Part shown: piece by piece, positions 22,083-32,752 of the stretch
How positions within the stretch are numbered: the stretch's first letter is position 1
How the letters are laid out: each line of letters starts with the position of its first letter
Source: Bryobacterales bacterium
Lineage (GTDB): Bacteria > Acidobacteriota > Terriglobia > Bryobacterales > UBA6623
Direction of reading: 5' to 3'
Length of the DNA stretch: 64,000 bases
Assembly (NCBI GenBank): GCA_963422375.2
Contig: OY729427.2
Location: 1,088,001 to 1,152,000, forward strand
The notes under the pieces: generated by a model
What the model was told of the DNA's origin: nothing
The model's database searches: none
The model's input: the letters and a program-made list of their open reading frames with translations, nothing else
Made by a program: the position numbers and the translations under genes

Positions 22083-23519
22083 ATGGGCGGCGGCGCGCCA
22101 TTCTCGCGACGCGCGGCCCTTCGCGGGTCCGCCCTAGGTCTCGGATCCCTCGGACTCTACGCGCTGCTGCACGACACCGGGCTGCTCGGGGCGGAGGCAG
22201 AGGCGCCGGCGGGGCCCCTCGCCGCAAGGGAGCCCCACTTCGGGGCGCGGGCGAAGCGCATCATCTTCCTCTTCATGCACGGAGGCGTGTCGCATGTCGA
22301 CACGTTCGATCCGAAGCCCCGCCTGGAGTCCGACCACGGCAAGCCCCTGCCCATCAAGCGCTCGCTGACGTTCAACGCCAAGGCCGCGGGCGGCCTGATG
22401 GGCTCGCCGTGGGCGTTCTCCCGCCGCGGCGGGAGCGGCATCCCGGTCAGCGAGCTGTTTCCCGAGGTCGCGAGCTGCGCCGACGACCTGTGCGTGATCC
22501 GCTCGATGGTCGGCGAGGGTGTCGACCACGGCGCGGCCATGCTGCAGCTGTTCACCGGCACGTTCTCGTTCTCCCGCCCGAGCCTAGGGGCCTGGACGCT
22601 GTACGGCTTGGGAACCGAGAACCAGAACCTGCCGGGCTTCGTCACGATCAAGCCCACGCAATGGCAGGGAGGCGACAAGCTGTTCGCCACGAGCTTCCTT
22701 CCGGGAGCGTACCAAGGCACTCCCATCGGCTCGGCGCCGATGGCTGCCGACGCCCTCATAGACAACCCGGTCGACCACCTGCTGCCGCGCGGCGGAAACC
22801 CCGAGCAGCGGCTCCTGGAGCTGGAGTTCCTGCGCCGGATGAACCGCCGCCATGCGGACGCCCGGCGGCTGGACGGCGATCTCGAAGCGAGGATTCAGGC
22901 GTTCGAGCTCGCGTTCCGGATGCAGGCCGAAGCGCCCGAAGCGTTCGACGTATCGCGTGAGACCGAAGCCACGCGCAGGCTCTACGGGCTGGACCGGGAA
23001 GTCACGCGCGACTTCGGCTGGCAGTGCCTGCTCGCCCGGCGGCTCAGCGAGCGCGGGGTGCGGGTCGTCCAAGCCACCCATTCCGGAGTCGAGGAGAAGT
23101 GGGACCACCACGCCGACATCCTGCGGCTGCACCCGATTCGGTCGCGCGAGGTCGACCGGCCGATCGCCGGGCTGATCAAGGATCTCAAGAGCCGCGGACT
23201 GCTGCACGAGACGCTGGTTGTGTGGGGCGGCGAGTTCGGGCGGACGCCGTTCTCGGAAGGGGCCGACGGCCGCGACCACAACCCCTACGGATTCTCGATC
23301 TTCATGGCGGGCGGGGGCGTCAAGCCGGGTTTCGTCTACGGCGCGACAGACGAATTCGGCTACCACGCGGTGGAGGACCGCATGCACATCCACGACCTGC
23401 ATGCGACGATCCTGCACCTGATGGGACTCGACCACGAGCGGCTGACGTTCCGTTACAGCGGGCGCGATTTCCGGCTGACCGATGTCGCCGGCACGGTGGC
23501 GACCAAGATCCTAGCTTGA
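22083..23519 (+). CDS. DUF1501 family protein with Tat signal
   Basis: SRRAAL Tat motif, FLFMHGGVSHVDTFDPKP, GGEFGRTP, GRDHNP, GRDFRLTDV. Confidence 0.93.
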   Translation: MGGGAPFSRRAALRGSALGLGSLGLYALLHDTGLLGAEAEAPAGPLAAREPHFGARAKRIIFLFMHGGVSHVDTFDPKPRLESDHGKPLPIKRSLTFNAKAAGGLMGSPWAFSRRGGSGIPVSELFPEVASCADDLCVIRSMVGEGVDHGAAMLQLFTGTFSFSRPSLGAWTLYGLGTENQNLPGFVTIKPTQWQGGDKLFATSFLPGAYQGTPIGSAPMAADALIDNPVDHLLPRGGNPEQRLLELEFLRRMNRRHADARRLDGDLEARIQAFELAFRMQAEAPEAFDVSRETEATRRLYGLDREVTRDFGWQCLLARRLSERGVRVVQATHSGVEEKWDHHADILRLHPIRSREVDRPIAGLIKDLKSRGLLHETLVVWGGEFGRTPFSEGADGRDHNPYGFSIFMAGGGVKPGFVYGATDEFGYHAVEDRMHIHDLHATILHLMGLDHERLTFRYSGRDFRLTDVAGTVATKILA

Positions 23520-23554
23520 AGCGGACGGTCCCGGCCACGGGCCGTCCAGGCTCC

Positions 23555-25261
23555 CTACGCGCTCCGCGCGAGATCGGCGATCACGGCGGCGCGGATGCGG
23601 CGCTTGGCGAATTTCCCGGTCGCGATCCTAGGAAGCGGCTCGCGGCGCAGCACGATGCGCGAGGGCACCTCGAAGCGGCCGACGTGCCGTTCCATCGACT
23701 CGCGGATGCGCCCCTCGGTGAGCGGGACCCCGGCGCGCGGCACGACGACCGCCGCCAGATCCTCCCCGAGACGCTCGTCGGGCACGCCGAACGCAACCGC
23801 CTCCCCGACCCCCTCGCAAGCATGCAGCGCGTCCTCGACCCGGAGGCAGCTGATGTTCTCGCCGCCGCGAATGACGATTTCCTTGAGTCGGTCAACGAAA
23901 TGGACGAAGCCCTCCTGGTCGACGTACGCGAGGTCGCCCGTACGGAACCAGCCGTCGCGGAAGGCATGCGCGGTCGGCTCGGGCTTGTTCCAGTACTCCC
24001 TGACGACCGGCGTCCCCCGCACCCACAGCTCGCCGACCTGGCCGGGAGGGACTTCCGCGGACCCGTCGGTCTCGACAAACTTCATGTCCATCAGCACGGA
24101 GCAGCGGCCGCTGCTGGTCGGCACCGCGAGGTATTCCGGGGCGGCGATCTGCGTTCCGATGGCGTTCGTCTCGGTCATGCCCCAGCCGGTGCCGGGCCGG
24201 GCGTTCTCGAAAGCGTCGCGAATCGCGAGGACCTGCTGCACGGGGCGATGGGAGCCGCCTCCTCCCACGGCCAGCAGGCTGGGCAGGGCGCGGCCCCGAG
24301 CGACGGCCGCCCGGACGAGATCCCCGGTGATGGTCGGCACGGAGATGAAGTGCGTGATCCGGTCCCGCTCGATCAGGTCCAGCGCTTCCCCGGCGTCCCA
24401 GCGGTGCATCAGGGTGAGGCGCCGTCCGAACCGCAGGCCGCCCAGCATGCAGGCGTGGCACGCGGTGACATGGAAGAAGGGGATCGTGACGAGCATGCGG
24501 TACTGGACCTCGAACGGCTCCTCGGGCATTCGCTCCTCGCGCAGCAGCGCCTGGGCCCGCGTCTCGATCTCCCACGCGAGCAGGGCGTGAACGACGTTGC
24601 GGTGCGTCGACACCGCGCCCTTTGGCCCCGCGGTCGATCCGGACGTGTAGAGCATGAGGCAGTCGTGGTCGGGCTCGCTCGGGACCGGCGCCAGGTCCGC
24701 CCCGCCGGACGCCTCCAGCGCTTCGTCCCAAGCCACGACGCCCGCCGGCAGCGGGGAGCGCGCGCGCACGGCGATCGCCTGGACGCCGAGTTCCGCCAGG
24801 CCGTCCGCGACGCGCTCGAGGCGGCCGCCGTCGATTACGAGGACGCGGGCACCCGAGTCGCGCAAGCCGTAAGCGATCTCCTCCCCGCTCCACCAGCCAT
24901 TGAGGGACACGGTGACCGCACCCAGGGCCATCGGGGCGAACAGGGCCGCGGGCCATTCGGGGTAGTTGCGCATACAGACGGCCACCCGGTCGCCGCGCCG
25001 GACTCCCATCCGACGCAGGGCCCGCGCCAAGCGAGCGGTCTGCTCGAGGACGTCAGCGAACGTGTAGGTCTCGTCGCGGTAGCGGAGGTATTCGAGCCCG
25101 CCGAACCGGCGGGCGTTCTCGAGGAGGTCGACAAGGCTGCGCGGGGCGTCCCTGACGACGCGGCACACGTTGCCGCCGCGGACCTTGCGGTGGCAGAGCT
25201 CGTACGGCCCGCCGGGTCCGGTCAGCGAGTCGAGGACCCGCTTGCGCGCCTCGGCTGACAT
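23555..25261 (-). CDS. AMP-dependent acyl-CoA ligase
   Basis: YTSGSTAGPKGA, GWGMTET, WFRTGDL, IIRGGENI-like, ATGK. Confidence 0.93.
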   Translation of the reverse strand: MSAEARKRVLDSLTGPGGPYELCHRKVRGGNVCRVVRDAPRSLVDLLENARRFGGLEYLRYRDETYTFADVLEQTARLARALRRMGVRRGDRVAVCMRNYPEWPAALFAPMALGAVTVSLNGWWSGEEIAYGLRDSGARVLVIDGGRLERVADGLAELGVQAIAVRARSPLPAGVVAWDEALEASGGADLAPVPSEPDHDCLMLYTSGSTAGPKGAVSTHRNVVHALLAWEIETRAQALLREERMPEEPFEVQYRMLVTIPFFHVTACHACMLGGLRFGRRLTLMHRWDAGEALDLIERDRITHFISVPTITGDLVRAAVARGRALPSLLAVGGGGSHRPVQQVLAIRDAFENARPGTGWGMTETNAIGTQIAAPEYLAVPTSSGRCSVLMDMKFVETDGSAEVPPGQVGELWVRGTPVVREYWNKPEPTAHAFRDGWFRTGDLAYVDQEGFVHFVDRLKEIVIRGGENISCLRVEDALHACEGVGEAVAFGVPDERLGEDLAAVVVPRAGVPLTEGRIRESMERHVGRFEVPSRIVLRREPLPRIATGKFAKRRIRAAVIADLARSA

Positions 25262-25316
25262 CGCGGACGGCACACCATTCTGCCATGCGCCCTGCGAGCG
25301 CGGGGCTCGCCTGCGG

Positions 25317-26171
25317 TCAGGCCCGCTCGTCTTCGACGGTGTTGGCGAGCGTGCCGATGCCGGAGATGCGCACCTCGATCCGATCGCCGGGCTGGAGGAA
25401 GACGGGCGGCTTGCGCGCCTTGCCGACGCCCCCGGTCGTGCCGGTGGAGACGACGTCTCCCGGCCGCAGCGGGAAGACTCGCGAGATGTACTCGACCAAG
25501 CAGGGGATGTCGAACAGCAGGTCGCTCGTGGGAGCGCTTTGCATGACCTGCCCGTTGAGGCGGGTCTGGAGAAACAGGGCGCCGGGATCGGGTATCTCGT
25601 CGGCCGTCACCATGCACGGACCGAACGCCCCGGAGTGCCAGAAGTTCTTGCCCGGCGTGAACTGCGACGCGTGCCGCTGGAAGTCGCGCACGGAGCCGTC
25701 GTTGTAGCAGCTGTACCCGGCGACGCACTCGAGCGCCCGGGAGGCGGGCACATGGCGCCCCCCCGCTCCGACTACGAACGCCAGCTCTCCCTCGAAATCG
25801 AATTCCCGGGACACGCGGGGGCGGATCATGGCCTCCCCGTGCCCAACATGCGAATCCGGGAAGCGCACGAAGATCGTCGGATAGGCGGGCAGCCTGCGTC
25901 CCGTTTCTTCGATGTGCGACCGGTAGTTCAAGCCGACGCAGAGAATCCGGCCCGGGTCCGGGACGGGCGGCAGGAAGCGGATCTCGTCGAGGGGGAAGTC
26001 GGGGCCGCGCCGGGCGGCCTCGTCCCGCAGCCGGTCAAGGACCCCGTCTCGGAGCGCCGCCAGCAGGGACGGCCAGCGTCCCGACAGGCGGGCGCCTAGG
26101 TCGACGACTCCGCCGCCGCTGGAGACGCCGTAGCTCTCGACGCCGTCGCGGCTGAAGGTGAGGAGCTTCAT
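25317..26171 (-). CDS. Fumarylacetoacetate hydrolase family protein
   Basis: CVGLNY, DFEGELA, GYSCYNDGSVRD, PGKNF, GDVVSTGT. Confidence 0.93.
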   Translation of the reverse strand: MKLLTFSRDGVESYGVSSGGGVVDLGARLSGRWPSLLAALRDGVLDRLRDEAARRGPDFPLDEIRFLPPVPDPGRILCVGLNYRSHIEETGRRLPAYPTIFVRFPDSHVGHGEAMIRPRVSREFDFEGELAFVVGAGGRHVPASRALECVAGYSCYNDGSVRDFQRHASQFTPGKNFWHSGAFGPCMVTADEIPDPGALFLQTRLNGQVMQSAPTSDLLFDIPCLVEYISRVFPLRPGDVVSTGTTGGVGKARKPPVFLQPGDRIEVRISGIGTLANTVEDERA

Positions 26172-26304
26172 ACCCTACCCATTCAATCCGTTTCGCGGAG
26201 GAATTGCACCTAGGGCAGATTCGAGGGTTCCGGGACGGACCTGGCATCGCCAGGCCGGCGCGACCGGGCGCCGCCTCCGGTGCCTCGAGCCCTCTTCCCC
26301 GCGG

Positions 26305-28890
26305 TCAGGACGCGGTCCCGCCCGGCGCGGCCGCCGACCGCGCGAAGCGCTGGTGCAGGTAGGCCAAGGCGAGCAGGCTGAGACCGAGGCCCATGAAGGA
26401 GCCGGCCCGGAGCAGACCGGTCAGACCGCTCATGTCGAATAGGAACACCTTGCAGACCGTCACAGCGAGCAGGGCCATGCCGACCCGGTAGACGCGCTGG
26501 CCGTAGCGCAGGCCGCCGGCCAACACACCGGCGACGGCCATGGCGAGCCAGACCACCGAATAGGTCGCCATTTCGCCGTCGGACGCCGGCTGGACCGAGC
26601 TGAGGCCGGCCTGCCAGAGGTGGCGGATCTCGAAGCTCACGAATGCGAACAGGGCCACGGCGGCGACCGGTCCGGCGATCCGCGCTCCGCGCCGCTCGCA
26701 AACCCGGGTCGCCAAGCAGGCGAGCAGGACCGGCGCGCCGAAGGCCAGCAGCAGGCCGTTCCAGATCCGCGTGTCGGTGAAGGGCTCGTGGGTGACGAAC
26801 GGGTTGAGCACGAACAGCACCAAGCAGTAGTTCGCCAAGGACATGGACAGGAGGAGCCGGCCGGCCCAGAGGTAAACAGGGCCGACGTGCCCGCTCGCCT
26901 GCGAGCGCAAGTAGTAGACGAGGCCCAGCGCGCCCCACACGGCCGTGTGGATGGAGGCCTCCCGGAAGCCGTAGTCCGCCGAGAAGACGTCGCCGTCGTA
27001 CACGAAGTCCCGGGTCACGACCCAGCCGGTCAGCACCAGCAGGTGCGCGGCTCCGGCCTCGATCCAGCGACGCAGGCGCGGAACGGGCCTCGCCAGCCAG
27101 CCCGCGAGCGTCGCGGCCAGGGTCGAGCCTCCGTAGGTCCAGAGCGTCCAGTGCTCTCCCTCGGAGTAGGCGGGCAGGCTCGGGTTGAGCGTCAGGCGCG
27201 CCACTACGGCCGCGAGGACGCCCTTGGTCATCCACGAGACGAGGACCGTGCCGAACCGCCCCGCGATCCACGCCAAGGGCGCCGCCTGCAGCGCCAGCGC
27301 CAAGGTCAGGCCGGCATCGCGGAATAGCATGGCGACCGCCAAGGAATACGCGGCCGAGCAGCCCACCACGCACCACGGGGCGACCGCAGCGAGACGCGAG
27401 CGGGCCAGCGCCCAGCCCGCAGCCGTGTAGCAGAGGCCCAGCGAGACCCCGGCGGCAGCCCATGCGCGGGAAACCGCGGCGTCGGTCGAGAGGGCGTACG
27501 CCACGGCGAGCCAGCAGACCGGGGAGGCCGTCGCGAGCGCTCCCCAGACCGGGCTCGACGGTCTCGACCGCAGGCTCCAGCAGGCGAGCGCCGTGTAGAG
27601 GGCCGCGGAGCAGGCGGCGTAGACGGCCAGCCCGGCGGCGTCGGCCGCAAACTTCGACTCCCAGCCAAGCCCGGACCTCCGGAGGCTCAGCCCGGCTGCG
27701 AGCCATCCCGCCGCCTGCACGGCAAGGGAGCCCCACAGAAGCGCCCCCGGGACCCTGCGCAGGCGCGCCGCCGCAAACAGCGCGACCACCAGCGGCAGCC
27801 AGCCGGCCGCCGACAGGGCCGAGAAGGGTTCCGTTGCGATCGACACGCCCTGGGCGAGAACCAGCAGGAGCAAGCCGAGCGTGAGCTGCATGCCGGCGGC
27901 GCCCCTCTGGGACGCAGCCCGCCCAGCGGCGGGCGCGGGGCCTGGACGCAGCCCGAGCCACTGCCGCCACTCCACCTCCGGCAGGTGGATCAGCGCGAAG
28001 GCGACCAGCGCCAGGTAGAATCCGCGATAGCCATGGGCGCTGTTCGCGCCGACCGACGCGAGCCACCAGAAAAGCGATCCGGCCAGAACGCCCCACCAGA
28101 TCCAAGCGCGGCGCAAGTAGCGGACCGTCAGAAGCGCCGCGGCGCTGACGATCAGGCTGTAGACAAGCACCTCGAGCGCCCGGTCGCTGTCCCCGCCCAC
28201 CAGCACCGGCACCGCGTAGCCGCCCATGAGTCCCAGCGCCGCCAGGACCGGGCCGTGCCGCAGCGCCAGCGCCATCGTCGCGAGCGACACCGCGGCCAAG
28301 AAGGCGAACGCGACGAGGGGAGGGACGAGCTCGTACAGGTGCAGGGCGCCCAGGGCCGCCGCGGACAGGGTGATGCTCCCGGCCGCGGCCAAGGCCGCGA
28401 ACGCGGGATGGCCCCGACCGGTCTTGCGAACCAGGAACTCGGACAGCGCGTGCATCGCGATGCCGGCAGCGAGCGCGACCGCCACGCGGGCCCACGGGGT
28501 GAGCAGGCCCTGCTCGATCGAGTACTTGACCAAGAACACACCGGCCAGGGCGACGGAGATGCCGCCGAGCCAGACCATCCAGTTCGGCCGGACTGCCGGG
28601 TCGGCCGGCCGCTCCCGCCGACGGGCCTTGCCTCGCAGACGCCCTAGGAGCCCCCCTCGCGACGGCTCTGTCCGGTGCGCTCGGGAGATCGCGCCCGGCC
28701 CCTTCTCCCTCTCGGCCTCCGCCTCCGAGCCGGGGACCGCCTCCGCCCGGCCGACCGGCGACACCCCGGGAATACCGGCCTCGTCAATCCGGCGCTGCAG
28801 CCGGTCCACCCGTTTCGACAGGGAATGAAGCCAGACCAAGGCGACAACCGCCAAGGCCACAGAGAACGGCGTGAACACGCGACAGCCCAC
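26305..28890 (-). CDS. DUF2339 polytopic membrane protein
   Basis: WMVWLGGISVALAGVFLVKYSIEQGLL; C-terminal KVFLFDMSGLTGLLRAGSFMGLG. Confidence 0.88.
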   Translation of the reverse strand: MGCRVFTPFSVALAVVALVWLHSLSKRVDRLQRRIDEAGIPGVSPVGRAEAVPGSEAEAEREKGPGAISRAHRTEPSRGGLLGRLRGKARRRERPADPAVRPNWMVWLGGISVALAGVFLVKYSIEQGLLTPWARVAVALAAGIAMHALSEFLVRKTGRGHPAFAALAAAGSITLSAAALGALHLYELVPPLVAFAFLAAVSLATMALALRHGPVLAALGLMGGYAVPVLVGGDSDRALEVLVYSLIVSAAALLTVRYLRRAWIWWGVLAGSLFWWLASVGANSAHGYRGFYLALVAFALIHLPEVEWRQWLGLRPGPAPAAGRAASQRGAAGMQLTLGLLLLVLAQGVSIATEPFSALSAAGWLPLVVALFAAARLRRVPGALLWGSLAVQAAGWLAAGLSLRRSGLGWESKFAADAAGLAVYAACSAALYTALACWSLRSRPSSPVWGALATASPVCWLAVAYALSTDAAVSRAWAAAGVSLGLCYTAAGWALARSRLAAVAPWCVVGCSAAYSLAVAMLFRDAGLTLALALQAAPLAWIAGRFGTVLVSWMTKGVLAAVVARLTLNPSLPAYSEGEHWTLWTYGGSTLAATLAGWLARPVPRLRRWIEAGAAHLLVLTGWVVTRDFVYDGDVFSADYGFREASIHTAVWGALGLVYYLRSQASGHVGPVYLWAGRLLLSMSLANYCLVLFVLNPFVTHEPFTDTRIWNGLLLAFGAPVLLACLATRVCERRGARIAGPVAAVALFAFVSFEIRHLWQAGLSSVQPASDGEMATYSVVWLAMAVAGVLAGGLRYGQRVYRVGMALLAVTVCKVFLFDMSGLTGLLRAGSFMGLGLSLLALAYLHQRFARSAAAPGGTAS

Positions 28891-28990
28891 ATTCTAGTCC
28901 ACACGGGAGAAAATCCCGGGCCATGCGGGCGCTTTCGGCGACGATCGCCAAGCAGGCGCCGATTCCGATGTGCCGGTGTAGAGTGATTCG

Positions 28991-30016
28991 GTGAGCAGGA
29001 AGTACCGGGCAGTCGGGATCGGGGCGGGCTACTTCTCGGGATTCCAGTACGAAGCCTGGAACCGCATCCCCGAGGTCGCCCTCGCGGCCATTTCCAACAG
29101 GACCGAGTCGAAGGCCAGGCTAAGGATGGCGGAGTACGGGATTCCGCGCTTCTACGCGGACTGGCGCGAGATGATCGACCGCGAGCGGCCGGACTTCGTG
29201 GATATCATCACGCCTCCCGAGACGCACGAGGAGATCTGCTCGCACGCCGCCAGCCGGGGAGCGGCCATTGTCTGCCAGAAGCCGCTCGCGCCGACCCTGG
29301 AGGAGAGCGGCCGCATCGTTGCCGGCGCGCGCGCCGCGGGCGTGCGATTCATGGTTCACGAGAACTTCCGCTGGCAGCCCTGGTACCGGGAGATCAAGCG
29401 GATTCTCGAGAGCGGAGACATCGGCGAGCCGACCCATCTGTACTTCCGAATGCGCACCGGCGACGGCTGGGGCGAGGGCGCGTACCTCGCGCGCCAGCCG
29501 TTCTTCCGCGACTACCCGCGCCTGCTGGTCTACGAGACCGCGGTCCACTTCATCGACACCTTCCGCTACCTGCTGGGGGAAATCGTCGAGGTCTACGCCC
29601 GGCTGCGCCGACTCAACCACGTGATCCGGGGCGAGGACGCGGGCCAGATGCTCTTCGCATTCGAGAGCGGGGCCACGGCCATCCTCGATGCCAACCGCTA
29701 TAACGAGGCCGAGGTCGATGCGCCGCGGTTCACGTTCGGGGAGCTACGGCTCGACGCGTCGGGAGGGCACCTTGCGATGGAGGCGGACTCCTCGATGCGC
29801 GTCAAGCCGCTGGGCGGGCCGGTGCGGGGCCATGGCTACCAGAGGGCGAACAGGAATTTCGCCGGCGACTGCGTGTACGGCCTGCAGCGGCACTTCGTCG
29901 ACTGCCTGAACAGCGGCCGCGGCTTCGAGAGTCACGGCGAGGACTATCTCAAGACGCTGGCCGTCGTCGACGCGGTCTACCAGTCGGCCTCGGAGGGGCG
30001 CGCCGTGCGGCCGTGA
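28991..30016 (+). CDS. Gfo/Idh/MocA oxidoreductase
   Basis: GIGAGYF Rossmann start, CQKPLA, HENFRWQP, VHFIDTFR. Confidence 0.92.
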   Translation: MSRKYRAVGIGAGYFSGFQYEAWNRIPEVALAAISNRTESKARLRMAEYGIPRFYADWREMIDRERPDFVDIITPPETHEEICSHAASRGAAIVCQKPLAPTLEESGRIVAGARAAGVRFMVHENFRWQPWYREIKRILESGDIGEPTHLYFRMRTGDGWGEGAYLARQPFFRDYPRLLVYETAVHFIDTFRYLLGEIVEVYARLRRLNHVIRGEDAGQMLFAFESGATAILDANRYNEAEVDAPRFTFGELRLDASGGHLAMEADSSMRVKPLGGPVRGHGYQRANRNFAGDCVYGLQRHFVDCLNSGRGFESHGEDYLKTLAVVDAVYQSASEGRAVRP

Positions 30017-30172
30017 GACGCCCGACCCGGGCCGTGCGGTCGGCGCTCCGGAACGATTCGCGACTCCGGCGAACCGCATGAGAAAGGCTCCCTTAACTTC
30101 GTGCTCGACGGGGCCCGCTCGGAGGAGGCAGGGGAGGAGCGTCGCAGCTGCGCGTTTATGATGATGGGTATC

Positions 30173-32752
30173 ATGCACCAGAGTTGCTTTCGCAGGCGGG
30201 CCGCCCGTCGGATCTCCGGCAGGCTGGCCGTCGCATCGGCGCTGGCTCTCGCTAGCTCGTGGCACGCCTCGGCAGCGGGAGTTCCTCGGGGATACTCCAT
30301 CCCGACCGTCGACCTCGCCGGGGAGACGCACCGGCAGGTGGTCGTCGACCGCGAGCCCGGCCAGTACCTCGGGCATCCCTCGACCCTTCTGCTCCCCGAC
30401 AACCGGACGATCCTCATCGCCTACCCCAAGGGGCACGGGCGCGGCGCCATCGTCTACAAGAAGAGCCTCGACGGCGGCCACACTTGGACGGAGCGCCTGC
30501 CAACCCCGGAAAACTGGGACACCTCGATGGAGGTGCCGACGCTGTTCCGCCTAGTCGATCCGGAAGGCGTTCCGCGGATCGTCATGTTTTCCGGCAAGGC
30601 CGGCGGGATTCGCGTGGCGTATTCCGAGGACGAAGGCGACTCGTGGTCGCCATTGCAGCCGATCCGCACGCCGGGACCCGGCTACGGCGGCATCGTGGCG
30701 ATGGGCTCTATGGTGGAGCTGAATGACGGGTCCTACATGGCCTTCTTCCACGACGACGGACGATGGCTGCGCGACCCGCCCGAGCATCCAGAAGGCAAGC
30801 TGTTCGAAGTCTACAGCGTCGTGTCCGCGGACGGCGGACTGACGTGGTCGCAGCCGCGAGTCATCGCCAAGCATGCCCGCGCCCACCTGTGCGAGCCGGG
30901 CGCGCTCCGGTCCCCGGACGGCACCCAGATCGCCGTCCTGCTGCGCGAGAACAGCCGCACGCTCAACTCGTTCGCGATCTTCTCCGACGACGAGGGCAAG
31001 ACGTGGAGCGAGCCGCGGGAACTTCCGGGCGCCCTGACGGGGGACCGCCACACCGCGAAGTACGCCCCGGACGGGCGGCTCTTCATCAGCTTCCGCGACC
31101 GCACCCACATCAGCCCCACCCGGGGCGACTGGGTGGGCTGGGTCGGCACCTACGAGGACATTGCCGAGGGGCGCGAGGGTCAGTACCGAGTTCGGCTGAT
31201 GGACAACCTCAAGGGCGCCGACACGGCCTACCCGGGCGTGGAACTGCTGCCGGACGGCACGTTCGTCACTACCACCTACGGCCACTGGACCGAGGGGGAG
31301 GAGCCCTACATCGTGAGCGTGCGCTTCAAGCTCGAGGAGCTGGACGCACGGGCGAAGCTCGCCTCGAGCGAGCCGACCTCCAGCGTCCGGGCGGCGGCCC
31401 GGCCGGCGCCGGCGCCACCGGCTTCGCTCGAGCGGCCGAACGTGCTGTTCGTGGCGGTTGACGACCTGAACGACTGGGTGCTCGAGGAGGGCTCGCCAGT
31501 CGAGATGCCGAATTTCCGGCGGCTCGCGCGACGCGGCGCTCTGTTCAAGCGGGCCTACACCGCGTCCCCGGCCTGCAACCCCTCGCGCGTGGCGCTGCTG
31601 ACCGGGCTGGACCCGGCCCGCACGGGAGTGTACGGCAACCGCTCCGACTGGCGACGCGCGTTGCCCGGCGCGATGACGCTGCCGCGCTACTTCATGGAGC
31701 ACGGCTACCGTGTCGAGGGAGCGGGAAAGATCTTCCACCACCACGACAACAGCGCCTTCCACGACGACGAATCCTTCCACCGGTTCCAGAAGATGCAGCT
31801 GGATCCGATGCCGCCGCGCAAGTTCAACGGCATCGGCGCCGTGCGCAGCCCGAACTTCGACTGGGGCCAGTGGCCCCTCGACGAGTCCGGGACCCCGGAC
31901 GCCCGCGCGGTGAATTTCGGGATCGAATTCCTCTCGCGGAATCACGACCGACCGTTCTTTCTGGCGATCGGCCTGTTCCGGCCCCATATGCCGTTCCATG
32001 TCCCGCCGAAGTACTTCGCCGGGTACCCGCGGGGCGGTCACGCGATGCCGAGGACTCCCGCGGGCGACCTGGCGGACATCCCCGCGGGAGGGCAGGCGCT
32101 GCTCGAGCAGAAGCGGCATTTCATGCGCGCGATTCGCGCGGCGGATTCCGAGCGCCCGGGGACGTGGGCCGAGGCGGTCCGGGCCTACCTAGCGAGCTGC
32201 ACGTTCGCGGACCACCAGCTGGGCAGGCTGCTGGACGCGCTAGGGCGGTCGGACCATGCCCGATCCACGATCGTCGCGCTGTGGTCCGATCACGGCTACC
32301 ATCTCGGCGAGAAGGGCCATTGGGAGAAGTTCGCGCTGTGGGAAAAGGCTACCCGCGTGCCGCTGGTGGTCGCAGCTCCGGGAGCCGTCGAGCCCGGCTC
32401 GGTGGTCGAATCTCCGGTGTCCCTCCTCGACCTCTATCCCACGCTCGTCGAGCTAGCCGGATTGCCGGCCAAGCCCGGCCTGGACGGGGACAGCCTGGTG
32501 CCGCTGCTGCGCGACCCCGATCAGGAGCGCGCCGTTACGATGACGTACCAGCGGGGCAATCACGCGGTCCGATCGATCAGATGGCGCTATATCCGCTACG
32601 CCGACGGCAGCGACGAGCTGTACGACCACCGCTCGGACCCGGACGAGATCAACAACCTCGCGACCAGCGGGGACTACGCCGACGTGATCCGCGAAATGGC
32701 GCGCGCGCTGCCCGAGCGGAGCGCAGAGCCCGTCCCGGCCCTAGCGCGGTAG
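30173..32752 (+). CDS. Secreted BNR/Asp-box (sialidase-like) beta-propeller fused to a sulfatase; start uncertain (30101-30173)
   Basis: Four Asp-boxes (SLDGGHTW, SEDEGDSW, SADGGLTW, SDDEGKTW); Ala/Pro linker; PNVLFVAVDDL, CNPSRVALLTG, WSDHGYHLGEK. Confidence 0.9.
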   Translation: MHQSCFRRRAARRISGRLAVASALALASSWHASAAGVPRGYSIPTVDLAGETHRQVVVDREPGQYLGHPSTLLLPDNRTILIAYPKGHGRGAIVYKKSLDGGHTWTERLPTPENWDTSMEVPTLFRLVDPEGVPRIVMFSGKAGGIRVAYSEDEGDSWSPLQPIRTPGPGYGGIVAMGSMVELNDGSYMAFFHDDGRWLRDPPEHPEGKLFEVYSVVSADGGLTWSQPRVIAKHARAHLCEPGALRSPDGTQIAVLLRENSRTLNSFAIFSDDEGKTWSEPRELPGALTGDRHTAKYAPDGRLFISFRDRTHISPTRGDWVGWVGTYEDIAEGREGQYRVRLMDNLKGADTAYPGVELLPDGTFVTTTYGHWTEGEEPYIVSVRFKLEELDARAKLASSEPTSSVRAAARPAPAPPASLERPNVLFVAVDDLNDWVLEEGSPVEMPNFRRLARRGALFKRAYTASPACNPSRVALLTGLDPARTGVYGNRSDWRRALPGAMTLPRYFMEHGYRVEGAGKIFHHHDNSAFHDDESFHRFQKMQLDPMPPRKFNGIGAVRSPNFDWGQWPLDESGTPDARAVNFGIEFLSRNHDRPFFLAIGLFRPHMPFHVPPKYFAGYPRGGHAMPRTPAGDLADIPAGGQALLEQKRHFMRAIRAADSERPGTWAEAVRAYLASCTFADHQLGRLLDALGRSDHARSTIVALWSDHGYHLGEKGHWEKFALWEKATRVPLVVAAPGAVEPGSVVESPVSLLDLYPTLVELAGLPAKPGLDGDSLVPLLRDPDQERAVTMTYQRGNHAVRSIRWRYIRYADGSDELYDHRSDPDEINNLATSGDYADVIREMARALPERSAEPVPALAR

